DNA of 64,000 bases, from the NCBI GenBank assembly GCA_016927275.1, contig JAFGMW010000030.1, positions 8,135-72,134 of the forward strand, given 5' to 3'. This document shows, in pieces, positions 43,031 to 50,651 of this stretch; the first letter of the stretch is position 1; every line of letters starts with the position of its first letter. The translations under genes were made by a program, and so were the position numbers. The notes beneath the pieces were generated by a model, which did no database searches, was not told the DNA's origin, and was given only the letters and a program-made list of their open reading frames with translations. Origin of the DNA: Pseudomonadota bacterium (GTDB lineage Bacteria; UBA10199; 2-02-FULL-44-16; JAAZCA01).

Positions 43031-43108
43031 ACCTCCTTGGGGTTTGGTTTTTGCGTTGCCCTCTCGCAGAGGGTGGAGGGCAACGTCAAAAACCAAACCT
43101 ATGGAGGT
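43031..43108. repeat. Palindromic spacer between the divergent four-helix genes
   Basis: ACCTCC..GGTTTGGTTTTTGCGTTGCCCTC versus GAGGGCAACGTCAAAAACCAAACC..GGAGGT. Confidence 0.88.
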
Positions 43109-43113
43109 GTTTC

Positions 43114-43449
43114 ATGCTTCACGAAAAACTGGAATGTTACCGGCAGGCGATTTTGTTGGCAGAGGACCTAAGCAAAGAGGTTGCCATGTGGCCCAAGGGA
43201 TTTGGGTATCTTTCTGATCAGCTAAAGCGCGCCATGGCCTCAGTGGTCCTTAACCTCGCGGAGGGCAACGCCCGTCCTTCTCAGCCCGAGCGCCGCCGCT
43301 TCTTCCATATCGCCAGGGCCTCGGTTGCCGAGGTCGCGGCCTGCGTCGATCTCATGCTGGCATTCGGTCTGATCCGTCAGGACAGGATGCTCTCGCTCAA
43401 ATCGCGTCTTACCGAGATCAGCAAAATGATCTGGGGCTTGATACGATGA
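43114..43449 (+). CDS. Four-helix-bundle protein (paralog)
   Basis: GGAGGT RBS; HEKLE, DQLKRAMASVVLNLAEG, RRFF.IA.AS..E. Confidence 0.88.
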   Translation: MLHEKLECYRQAILLAEDLSKEVAMWPKGFGYLSDQLKRAMASVVLNLAEGNARPSQPERRRFFHIARASVAEVAACVDLMLAFGLIRQDRMLSLKSRLTEISKMIWGLIR

Positions 43450-43459
43450 TTGCTATTAT

Positions 43460-43550
43460 TCGCATTCATTCGCATCCATAGTCGTACTATCATCGCATTT
43501 GGTCGCTGCATCATCGCATGACCATCGCAGTCAATCGCACAACTGTCGCT
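43460..43550 (+). repeat. Phased TCGCA array (9 copies, 10-12 bp apart)
   Basis: TCG starts at 43460, 43470, 43482, 43493, 43503, 43514, 43525, 43535, 43546. Confidence 0.8.
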
Positions 43551-43568
43551 TCTTGTTTTCTCAGGAGA

Positions 43569-45866
43569 TCACGATAGCCTGATCGACGTCTTGAGGTTGA
43601 ACGCGTCCACAGGCACCTCCGAGACCCTCCCGCCGGCGCGCTCGATCGCCTCGCAGGTCCCGCCTGCCCTGAAGTATCTGCCCAGGGCAAGGAGCGGGAA
43701 GTAGTGCCTGTAGCCGTGGTAGCGGATGTAGAAGTGAAGCGGGAAGCCGGTACCCGTGTAATGCATCTCGTCCCAGCCCCTTTCCGAGTTACGCGAGTTT
43801 ATTAGGTGGAGGGCCGCCCTCGCCGCTGCCCTCGAATGGACGGCACCGCCTGCCGTGAACGCCATCAGCGCCCACGCGGTCTGGGAGGGGACGCTTGCGC
43901 TGTAGCATTCGAACGGCTTGTGCGGATGGTAGGTGTCCGCCGCCTCGCTGAAGCCGCCGTCGGGCTTCTGCACCGACTCGAGCCATGCGACCGCCTTGGC
44001 CACGCGGGAGTCGGTCTGCCTCATCCCCATGGCCGCAAGCGCCGTGAGCACGCACCACGTCCCGTAGATGTAGTTTATCCCCCAGCGGGCGAACCAGGCC
44101 CCGAACTCCTCCTGAGTCTCCCAGAGGTAGTCCAGCGCCTTGCGGACGGCGGGATGCGAGGTGGAATAGTTTCGCCTCATGAGGAACTCCACCATGCGGC
44201 CGGTGATGTCCGGGGATGAGGGGTCCAGGCACGCCCTGTGGTCCGAGAACGGGATGCGGTTGACCAGCGTCCGGTTCTGGTTGCGGTCGAACGCGCCCCA
44301 GCCCCCGTCGTCGTTCTGCATGGAGATGAGCCAGTCGATGCCGGTCATCACCGCCTTCTCCTTGTCGCGCCACGGGACCGAGACGCGGCAGAGCGCGGTG
44401 AGGACCTGTATCGTGTCGTCGACGTCCGGGTAGTAGTCGTTCTCGAACTCGAACGACCAGCCGCCCGGCTTTCCCCTGGGGTTTTTGACCGACCAGTCGC
44501 CCCGCACGCCGGTGATCTGCCTCTTCATGAGCCAGCGCGTCGCGCGGAGGAGGGCGGGGTCGGAGGGTGAGACGCCTGCCTCGAGCAGCGCCTCGATCAT
44601 CCAGGGGGTGTCCCAGACAGGGGAGATGCAGCACTGCTGATGAATCGAAATGCCGTGACTCGTGACTTGTGACTCGTGACTTGCGAAGACCTCGGATGAA
44701 TCCGTGCGGGGGTCGATCCCTGCCTCGCGCAGGTCGGAGGGCCTCGTCTCGCCGTTGTCCCTGATCTCCGGCGGGAGCGCGGGCACGTCCGCAGTCGCAT
44801 AACGCTGCTGGAACATCTTCAGGGCATTGAAGGGCCGCCTGATCCTCGGGTCGTCGTTGGGATATCCCAAGGCCCTGTGCGCAAACGCGCAGTAAGCGAG
44901 CGGCGGATAGATGTCCTCGCACCTCTGGACCCGCTCCCAGATCCAGTCGGAGCAGCGCCGGATGGCCTTTGCTCGAATCTTCTTTAAAGGGTTTTTCTCA
45001 TATCTCTTGAGCAGGCGGTCGATCTGTATGAAGAAATTCTCGATCGAGAAGAACCCGTTCTCGGAGTTGAAGGAGTAGTTTCGCTTGTCGGTCGGGGCCA
45101 GAAATATCTCGTCCAGCGTGAAGTTGTCGGGCAACCTCTCGACCTTTTTCTGAGAGACGAAGATGAGCAGGGGGACGATGGTGGCCCTTGCCCAGCTGGA
45201 GAAGGAATATATGGAGATGTACGACCAGCTCGGCAGGAAGATGAACTCCGCAGGCATTGCCGGGGCCGCATCCCAGGGAACGAGCCCGAACATTGCAAGA
45301 TGTATCCTTGTGAAAACACGGGATTTTTCAGCGCCGCCCGCAGAGAGAATATACTCCCGGGCCCTCAGCATCCTGGGGTCTTGCGTATCCATGCCCGCGA
45401 GCTTCAAGGCAAAGTAGCACTCGACCGTGGTGGACAGGTCGGCCGGTCCCTCGTGATACAGGGCCCAGGTCCCGTCTGCGCGCTGCACGTCGAGTATGCG
45501 CCTGGATATGCCCTTGAGGACCTCCGGATCGACTTCGCCCAAGTAGTGCATGAGAAAGATGAACTCGGCGCCGATGGTCTCGTTTGCCTCGAGCGCAAAC
45601 CACCAGTAGCCGTCCCTGCGCTGGAGCGACTTCATGAGGCGGACCGTGTCATCCAGCACCGAGGTGGCGGTTAAGCGCTTGCCGCTGATGCGGATCTGTC
45701 TCCCCGAGGCAGGGTCGACGATCTCGTCCTTCACAGGCGGCCGCCGGATCGGACCGATCACGCCGCCCGTGCCGGGTTCGACAGGGAAGCCGAGCTGGCC
45801 CTGGGTCGTTGAGAGCTCCTCTGTGAGCCCCTGATCGTCGCTCGATCTCTTGTCTGCGATGGTCAT
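43569..45866 (-). CDS. shc: Squalene-hopene cyclase
   Basis: QW-type repeats (QRADGTW, QNDDGGWG), SPVWDT, catalytic YYPDVDDT, TGTGFP..FYIRY. Confidence 0.95.
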   Translation of the reverse strand: MTIADKRSSDDQGLTEELSTTQGQLGFPVEPGTGGVIGPIRRPPVKDEIVDPASGRQIRISGKRLTATSVLDDTVRLMKSLQRRDGYWWFALEANETIGAEFIFLMHYLGEVDPEVLKGISRRILDVQRADGTWALYHEGPADLSTTVECYFALKLAGMDTQDPRMLRAREYILSAGGAEKSRVFTRIHLAMFGLVPWDAAPAMPAEFIFLPSWSYISIYSFSSWARATIVPLLIFVSQKKVERLPDNFTLDEIFLAPTDKRNYSFNSENGFFSIENFFIQIDRLLKRYEKNPLKKIRAKAIRRCSDWIWERVQRCEDIYPPLAYCAFAHRALGYPNDDPRIRRPFNALKMFQQRYATADVPALPPEIRDNGETRPSDLREAGIDPRTDSSEVFASHESQVTSHGISIHQQCCISPVWDTPWMIEALLEAGVSPSDPALLRATRWLMKRQITGVRGDWSVKNPRGKPGGWSFEFENDYYPDVDDTIQVLTALCRVSVPWRDKEKAVMTGIDWLISMQNDDGGWGAFDRNQNRTLVNRIPFSDHRACLDPSSPDITGRMVEFLMRRNYSTSHPAVRKALDYLWETQEEFGAWFARWGINYIYGTWCVLTALAAMGMRQTDSRVAKAVAWLESVQKPDGGFSEAADTYHPHKPFECYSASVPSQTAWALMAFTAGGAVHSRAAARAALHLINSRNSERGWDEMHYTGTGFPLHFYIRYHGYRHYFPLLALGRYFRAGGTCEAIERAGGRVSEVPVDAFNLKTSIRLS
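44654..44681 (-). repeat. Heptamer array x4 inside shc
   Basis: Sense strand AGTCACG AGTCACA AGTCACG AGTCACG, encoding SHESQVTSH. Confidence 0.88.
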
Positions 45867-45901
45867 CTCTGGAAACCCCTTGAAATCGATTCACCTGCCC
45901 C

Positions 45902-45929
45902 AAGTCGCATAACATATATTATGTAAGGT
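45902..45929 (+). other. dif-like XerC/XerD recombination site
   Basis: AAGTCGCATAA-CATATA-TTATGTAAGGT; 19/28 identical to E. coli dif as recalled; near the gene-polarity switch. Confidence 0.75.
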
Positions 45930-45981
45930 TGAATACGCAACCTATCTTTCATCCCTGGGCAGATTCAACCTTACATAATAT
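45916..45981. repeat. Perfect 19-bp inverted repeat containing the XerD arm
   Basis: ATATTATGTAAGGTTGAAT (45916-45934) and its reverse complement (45963-45981), 28-bp spacer. Confidence 0.9.
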
Positions 45982-46002
45982 TAAAGGCTAAAATCCACCC
46001 CC

Positions 46003-46035
46003 CTCAACCTAAACCTCAACCTGATCCTCAACCTC
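46003..46035. repeat. Hexamer repeat CTCAAC x5 (degenerate)
   Basis: CTCAAC CTAAAC CTCAAC CTGATC CTCAAC CTC. Confidence 0.7.
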
Positions 46036-46040
46036 CCCTT

Positions 46041-46937
46041 TCAAAGGCTCAAGGCATCTATGCTGATCCCGCTGTCCTTGAAGAACTCCTTCAGCCTCTC
46101 TATGAGCCTCGCCTCGATCTGGCGCACCCGCTCCTTTGTGATGCCGTACTCGTCCGCTATCTGCTGGAGCGTGAGCGGCAGCTCGGCCAGGAGCCTCTCC
46201 TGAAAGATCTTCCTCTCCCTCTCGCTCAAGGCCGAGGAGAACTCGTCGAATTTCTTCCTGAGCATGTCCTGGGTCTCGCCCGCAGCGAGCCGATCGTCGG
46301 CAGCGGGCTCGTCCACAGGCAGAAAGTCCTGGAGTATGGCGGAGCCTTCTCCCTTTCCAACGGGCGCCTCGAGGGCGAACTCGGGGGTCGTAAGCCGCCT
46401 CTGCATGTCGATGACCTGCGATTCGGGCACGTGAAGCCGCTTCGAGAGCTCGACCGGCGTCGCATAATAGCCCATGGACTCGATCTTGTCCTTCTCCTGC
46501 ATGAGGTTGTAGAAGAGCTTCTTCTGGGCCTTGGTGGTGCCGAGCCTGATGAGGCGGAAGTTGTCGAGTATGTACTTGAGGATGTAGGAGCGGATCCACC
46601 ACGACGCGTAGGTGGACAGCCTCGCCCCCTTTTCCGGGTCGAAGTTGCGCACCGCCTGCATGAGGCCGACGCTCCCCTCCTGGATGAGGTCGAGCACGTT
46701 GTGGAAGGCGTTGCGGTACTCCATCGCGATCCTGACCACGAGCCTCAGGTGCGCCGCCACGAGCTTCTTCGCGGCGGCGACGTCGCCTTGCTCGTGGAAC
46801 CGGCGCGCGAGCTCGACCTCCTCCTCGGCCGAGACGAGCGGATAGGCCTGAACCTCCTGGATATAGCGCGCCAGGGGATCGACCACCGACAGCGCCCTCC
46901 CCTCGGGGAGCGGAGCCCTTGTGTCCCTCTCGTTCAT
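46041..46937 (-). CDS. RNA polymerase sigma factor, RpoH/sigma32-like
   Basis: HLRLVVRIA, DLIQEG, STYASWWIR, RpoH-box-like AQKKLFYNL, TKERVRQIE. Confidence 0.9.
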   Translation of the reverse strand: MNERDTRAPLPEGRALSVVDPLARYIQEVQAYPLVSAEEEVELARRFHEQGDVAAAKKLVAAHLRLVVRIAMEYRNAFHNVLDLIQEGSVGLMQAVRNFDPEKGARLSTYASWWIRSYILKYILDNFRLIRLGTTKAQKKLFYNLMQEKDKIESMGYYATPVELSKRLHVPESQVIDMQRRLTTPEFALEAPVGKGEGSAILQDFLPVDEPAADDRLAAGETQDMLRKKFDEFSSALSERERKIFQERLLAELPLTLQQIADEYGITKERVRQIEARLIERLKEFFKDSGISIDALSL

Positions 46938-46947
46938 AGCGACTCTT

Positions 46948-48228
46948 TCAGCCGGCGAAGGCGATGCGGCCCCTGACGATCGTCCATCTCGCCCTGCCCA
47001 TGACGCGCAGGCCGTTGAACGGGGTGTTCTTCCCTCTGGAGGCGAAGCGCGACGCATCCACGGTCCACGCGGCGGAGGGGTCGAAGATCGTGATGTCCGC
47101 GTCGGAGCCGGGCTTGAGCGAGCCCTTGCCCTTGAGCCCGAGTATCCGCGCCGGCGCGGCGGAGAGCGCCTCGACAAGCCTCTTGAGCGTTAGCTTGCGC
47201 TCGGCCACCAGGGCCAGCGCGAGCGGGAGCATGGTCTCGAGCCCGGATATGCCGAACGCAGCTTCCTCGAACCCCATCTCCTTGTCGATTATGTTGTGGG
47301 GCGCGTGGTCGGTCGCGATGGCGTCTATGGTGCCGTCGGCCAGCGCCTTGATGAGCGCGCGCCTGTCCGCCTCGGTCCGCAGCGGCGGGTTGACCTTGGT
47401 GTTCGGATCGAAGTCCGAGACCGCCTCGTCGGTGAGGGTGAGATGATGAGGAGTCACCTCCGCGGTCACCCTTATCCCCCTCCTCTTCGCGCGCCTTATC
47501 AGCTCAACGGTGCCCATGGTGCTCGCGTGGGCTATGTGCAGCCTGGCCCCGGTGAGCTCGGCGAGCATTATGTCGCGCGCGACCATCAGCTCCTCGGCCG
47601 CGGCAGGCATCCCCTGGAGCCCGAGCTCTGTGGAGACCAGCCCCTCGTTCATCACCGCGCCGCCGGCGAGCGCGGCGTCCTCGCAGTGCGATATCACCGG
47701 GAGGCCGAAGGCGGTCGCGTATTCCATGGCGCGGCGCATGAGCCCCGAGTTCATCACCGACCTGCCGTCGTCCGATATGGCGCAGGCCCCGGCCGAGGCC
47801 AGATCGCCGATGTCGGACATGGCCTCGCCCTTGCCCCCCCTCGTTATCGAGCCGATCGGAATCACCCCCGTGGCTCCCAGGCGCCCCGCCTTCTCGAGCA
47901 CGTACTCGGCGACCGACGCGCAGTCTATCACGGGATCGGTGTTCGGCATGCAGCAGACCGTGGCGAGTCCGCCGGCCGCCGCGGCCCTGGTGCCGGACTC
48001 GATGTCCTCCTTGTACTCCTGCCCCGGGTCGCGCAGGTGCACGTGCATGTCGATGAATCCCGGAGCCACGACGCAGCCGGAGGCGTCGAGGACCTGGGCG
48101 CCTTCAGGCGCCTTCCTGGAGGGGGTCACCTGCTCGATCTTTCCGCCCCTGACCAGGACCGAGAGCTTCCCGTCGGTCCTGGACGCGGGATCGATCACGC
48201 GTCCGTTGACTATGAAATATGATGACAT
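46948..48228 (-). CDS. pyrC: Dihydroorotase
   Basis: DMHVHLRDPG, MPNT.P, KVNPPLR, ATDHAPH. Confidence 0.95.
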   Translation of the reverse strand: MSSYFIVNGRVIDPASRTDGKLSVLVRGGKIEQVTPSRKAPEGAQVLDASGCVVAPGFIDMHVHLRDPGQEYKEDIESGTRAAAAGGLATVCCMPNTDPVIDCASVAEYVLEKAGRLGATGVIPIGSITRGGKGEAMSDIGDLASAGACAISDDGRSVMNSGLMRRAMEYATAFGLPVISHCEDAALAGGAVMNEGLVSTELGLQGMPAAAEELMVARDIMLAELTGARLHIAHASTMGTVELIRRAKRRGIRVTAEVTPHHLTLTDEAVSDFDPNTKVNPPLRTEADRRALIKALADGTIDAIATDHAPHNIIDKEMGFEEAAFGISGLETMLPLALALVAERKLTLKRLVEALSAAPARILGLKGKGSLKPGSDADITIFDPSAAWTVDASRFASRGKNTPFNGLRVMGRARWTIVRGRIAFAG

Positions 48229-48243
48229 GGCGCTGCCTCCGTA

Positions 48244-49179
48244 TCACTCAGAGTGGGTCTCGCCCAGGAGCAGGTACAGCACGGCCATCCTCACGGCCAC
48301 GCCGCAGGTGACCTGGCCGAGTATCACCGACCTGGGGCCGTCGGCGACGTCGGCCGCTATCTCGACGCCGCGGTTGACCGGGCCCGGGTGCATGATCGCG
48401 AGGTCCTCCTTCGCCGACTTGAGGTCGTCCGCGCAGATTCCGAAGTAGCGGGCGTACTCCCTGGCCGACGGGAAGAAGTGCTCTCCCAGCCGCTCCCTCT
48501 GCACCCGGAGCAGCATGAGGACGTCGAGCTCCGGCAGCACATCGCGGACGTCGCTTGCGACCCTCACGCCGAACGCCTCCTCGACGCCGAACGGGATGAG
48601 CGTGGGCGGGCCGGCCACGGTCACCTCGAGGCCCATCTTCTTGAAGAGGAGCATGTCGGAGCGCGCGACCCTCGAGTGGAGTATGTCGCCGACGATGCCG
48701 ACCTTGAGCCCCTTCATGCGCCCCTTCACATCGTTTATGGTCATGAGGTCGAGCAGGGCCTGCGTGGGGTGCTCGTGCATCCCGTCGCCCGCGTTGATTA
48801 TGCGGGCCCGGGTGGCGCCGGCCGCCTGGGCGGGCGCCCCGGCCACGCTGTGCCTTATCACCAGGATGTCCGGCCGCATGGCCTCGATGTTGCGCACGGT
48901 GTCCAGCAGCGTCTCCCCCTTGTTGGCCATCGCGGAGCCGGACTTGGAGATGTTGCTGGAGTCGGCCGACAGCCTCTTCTCGGCGAGCTCGAAGCTGAGC
49001 CGGGTGCGCGTGCTGTCCTCGAAGAAGCAGTTGATCACCGTGCGGCCCCTGAGGGTCGGCACCTTCTTTATCGGCCTCTCCGATATCTCCTTGAACGAGG
49101 ACGCGGTCGCGAGGATCGTGAGCACGTCCTTCTTCGTGAGGTCGTTTATCGAGAGTATGTGCCTCGTTGAAAGTCTCAT
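48244..49179 (-). CDS. pyrB: Aspartate carbamoyltransferase catalytic subunit
   Basis: FFEDSTRT..SF, HPTQALLD, HSRVARS, HPGP.NRG. Confidence 0.97.
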   Translation of the reverse strand: MRLSTRHILSINDLTKKDVLTILATASSFKEISERPIKKVPTLRGRTVINCFFEDSTRTRLSFELAEKRLSADSSNISKSGSAMANKGETLLDTVRNIEAMRPDILVIRHSVAGAPAQAAGATRARIINAGDGMHEHPTQALLDLMTINDVKGRMKGLKVGIVGDILHSRVARSDMLLFKKMGLEVTVAGPPTLIPFGVEEAFGVRVASDVRDVLPELDVLMLLRVQRERLGEHFFPSAREYARYFGICADDLKSAKEDLAIMHPGPVNRGVEIAADVADGPRSVILGQVTCGVAVRMAVLYLLLGETHSE

Positions 49180-49192
49180 CCCGCCTCCCTCG

Positions 49193-49732
49193 TCACTTCT
49201 GCTTCCTCACCCACACCTCGTTGCGGTCGTCGATCGGCTTGACCATGACCTTGACGTTCTGGTCGGCGGTGGTCTTGATCCTTCTGCCCACGTAGTCGGC
49301 CTGCACGGGCAGCTCCCTCCAGCCGCGGTCGATCACCACCGCCAGCCTCACGAAGCGCGGCCTGCCGAAGTCGATGATCGCGTCCATCGCAGCCCTTATC
49401 GTCCGGCCGGTGTAGAGCACGTCGTCGATGAGCACTATCCCCTTGCCGTCGATGGCGAACGGTATCTCGGTGGGCTTCACTATCGGCTGCTCGCTGACCT
49501 CGGAGAGGTCGTCCCGGTAGAGGTTGATGTCCAGGCTGCCCACGTCCATGGGGCGGTGCTGGATCGACTCGACCTTGCGGGCGATCCACTCCGCGAGCGG
49601 CACGCCCCTGGTGAGGATCCCCAGCAGGGCCACGTTCTCGGTCCCGTCGGAGACGATCTCGCGGGCGATGCGGGTGATCTCCGCCTCCATCTCCCTCTCG
49701 CCGAGCAGCGGCTTTCCCTTTGTCTCAGCCAT
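49193..49732 (-). CDS. pyrR: Pyrimidine regulatory protein / UPRTase
   Basis: LDINLYRDDL, LIDDVLYTGRT.RAA, DRG.RELP..ADYVG. Confidence 0.96.
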   Translation of the reverse strand: MAETKGKPLLGEREMEAEITRIAREIVSDGTENVALLGILTRGVPLAEWIARKVESIQHRPMDVGSLDINLYRDDLSEVSEQPIVKPTEIPFAIDGKGIVLIDDVLYTGRTIRAAMDAIIDFGRPRFVRLAVVIDRGWRELPVQADYVGRRIKTTADQNVKVMVKPIDDRNEVWVRKQK

Positions 49733-49747
49733 CTCTTCTCCCCTCGC

Positions 49748-49782
49748 AAAAAGACCTCCCCGTGATCTGCGGGGAGGCCTTT
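49748..49782 (-). promoter_or_regulatory. Leader terminator, probable PyrR attenuator
   Basis: Minus strand AGGCCTCCCCG-loop-CGGGGAGGTCT plus T tract, directly upstream of the pyrR RBS. Confidence 0.6.
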
Positions 49783-49887
49783 ATGTGCAGGTGCTCTTTG
49801 ATCGCAATCACCCTCTGTTGGTGGGGCTCCTTACTACGCGATGACATCTAAGTCAATGATAAAAAAGGGGTTATGTCCAGGGGCCCC

Positions 49888-50634
49888 CTACTCTATCCAG
49901 CGGCCGAATTCGTGCCAGCGGATGCCCCCGTGGTCCTTGTCCAGGGGCAGCCAGACGAATAGGGCCTTGCCCTTGATGTTGCCCTCGGGGACGAAGCCCC
50001 ATTCCCTGCTGTCCGAGGAGTTGTCGCGGTTGTCCCCCATGACGAAGTAGTGGCCCGGCGGCACCACCGCCTCGAAGGTCGTGCGCTCCCTCTGTCTCTC
50101 GTACTGGACGAGATGGAGCGCCCCTCCGTCCTGCTCCTCGAAAAATTCGAAGTCGCGCCAGCCCCTCACAAACGGTATGGACCTCTTGAGGCCGTCGCGC
50201 ACCGAGAGCCTGCGCCTGTCGCCCGGGAACTCAGCGACCTCGACCGGCCGCCTTCGCTGCCTCTCCCCGTTGACCCAGAGATCCATCCCCTCGATGCGTA
50301 TACTGTCGCCGGGCAGCCCTATCACGCGCTTGATGAAGTCCTTGCCCCCGTCGACGGGGAAGATGAAGACCACCACGTCGCCGCGCTCGGGCGAGTCCCA
50401 CTCGAAGATGCGATGCCCGGTGAACGGGATCCTCGGGCCGTAGACGAACTTGTTCACGAATATGTGGTCCCCTATGGAGAGGGTGGGCAGCATCGAGCCG
50501 GACGGTATCTTGAACGCCTCCACGGCGAAGGCGCGTATGAGCAGCGCCACCGACACGGCCAGCAGGAGCGCCTCGGCGTATTCGCGGAACGCCCCCTTTT
50601 TCCCCTTCGAACCCTGCGCGATGTCCCCTGCCAT
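49888..50634 (-). CDS. lepB: Signal peptidase I
   Basis: IPSGSM.PTL, FIKRVIGLPGD, MGDNRDNS.DSR; AGGAGG RBS. Confidence 0.95.
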   Translation of the reverse strand: MAGDIAQGSKGKKGAFREYAEALLLAVSVALLIRAFAVEAFKIPSGSMLPTLSIGDHIFVNKFVYGPRIPFTGHRIFEWDSPERGDVVVFIFPVDGGKDFIKRVIGLPGDSIRIEGMDLWVNGERQRRRPVEVAEFPGDRRRLSVRDGLKRSIPFVRGWRDFEFFEEQDGGALHLVQYERQRERTTFEAVVPPGHYFVMGDNRDNSSDSREWGFVPEGNIKGKALFVWLPLDKDHGGIRWHEFGRWIE

Positions 50635-50651
50635 CTCTCCTCCCCTCTGTT

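Noticed and set aside
41447..43550. Complete diversity-generating retroelement
   Set aside because: No reverse transcriptase or template repeat in the window; the four-helix proteins carry the S23/IVS-type NLAEG signature.
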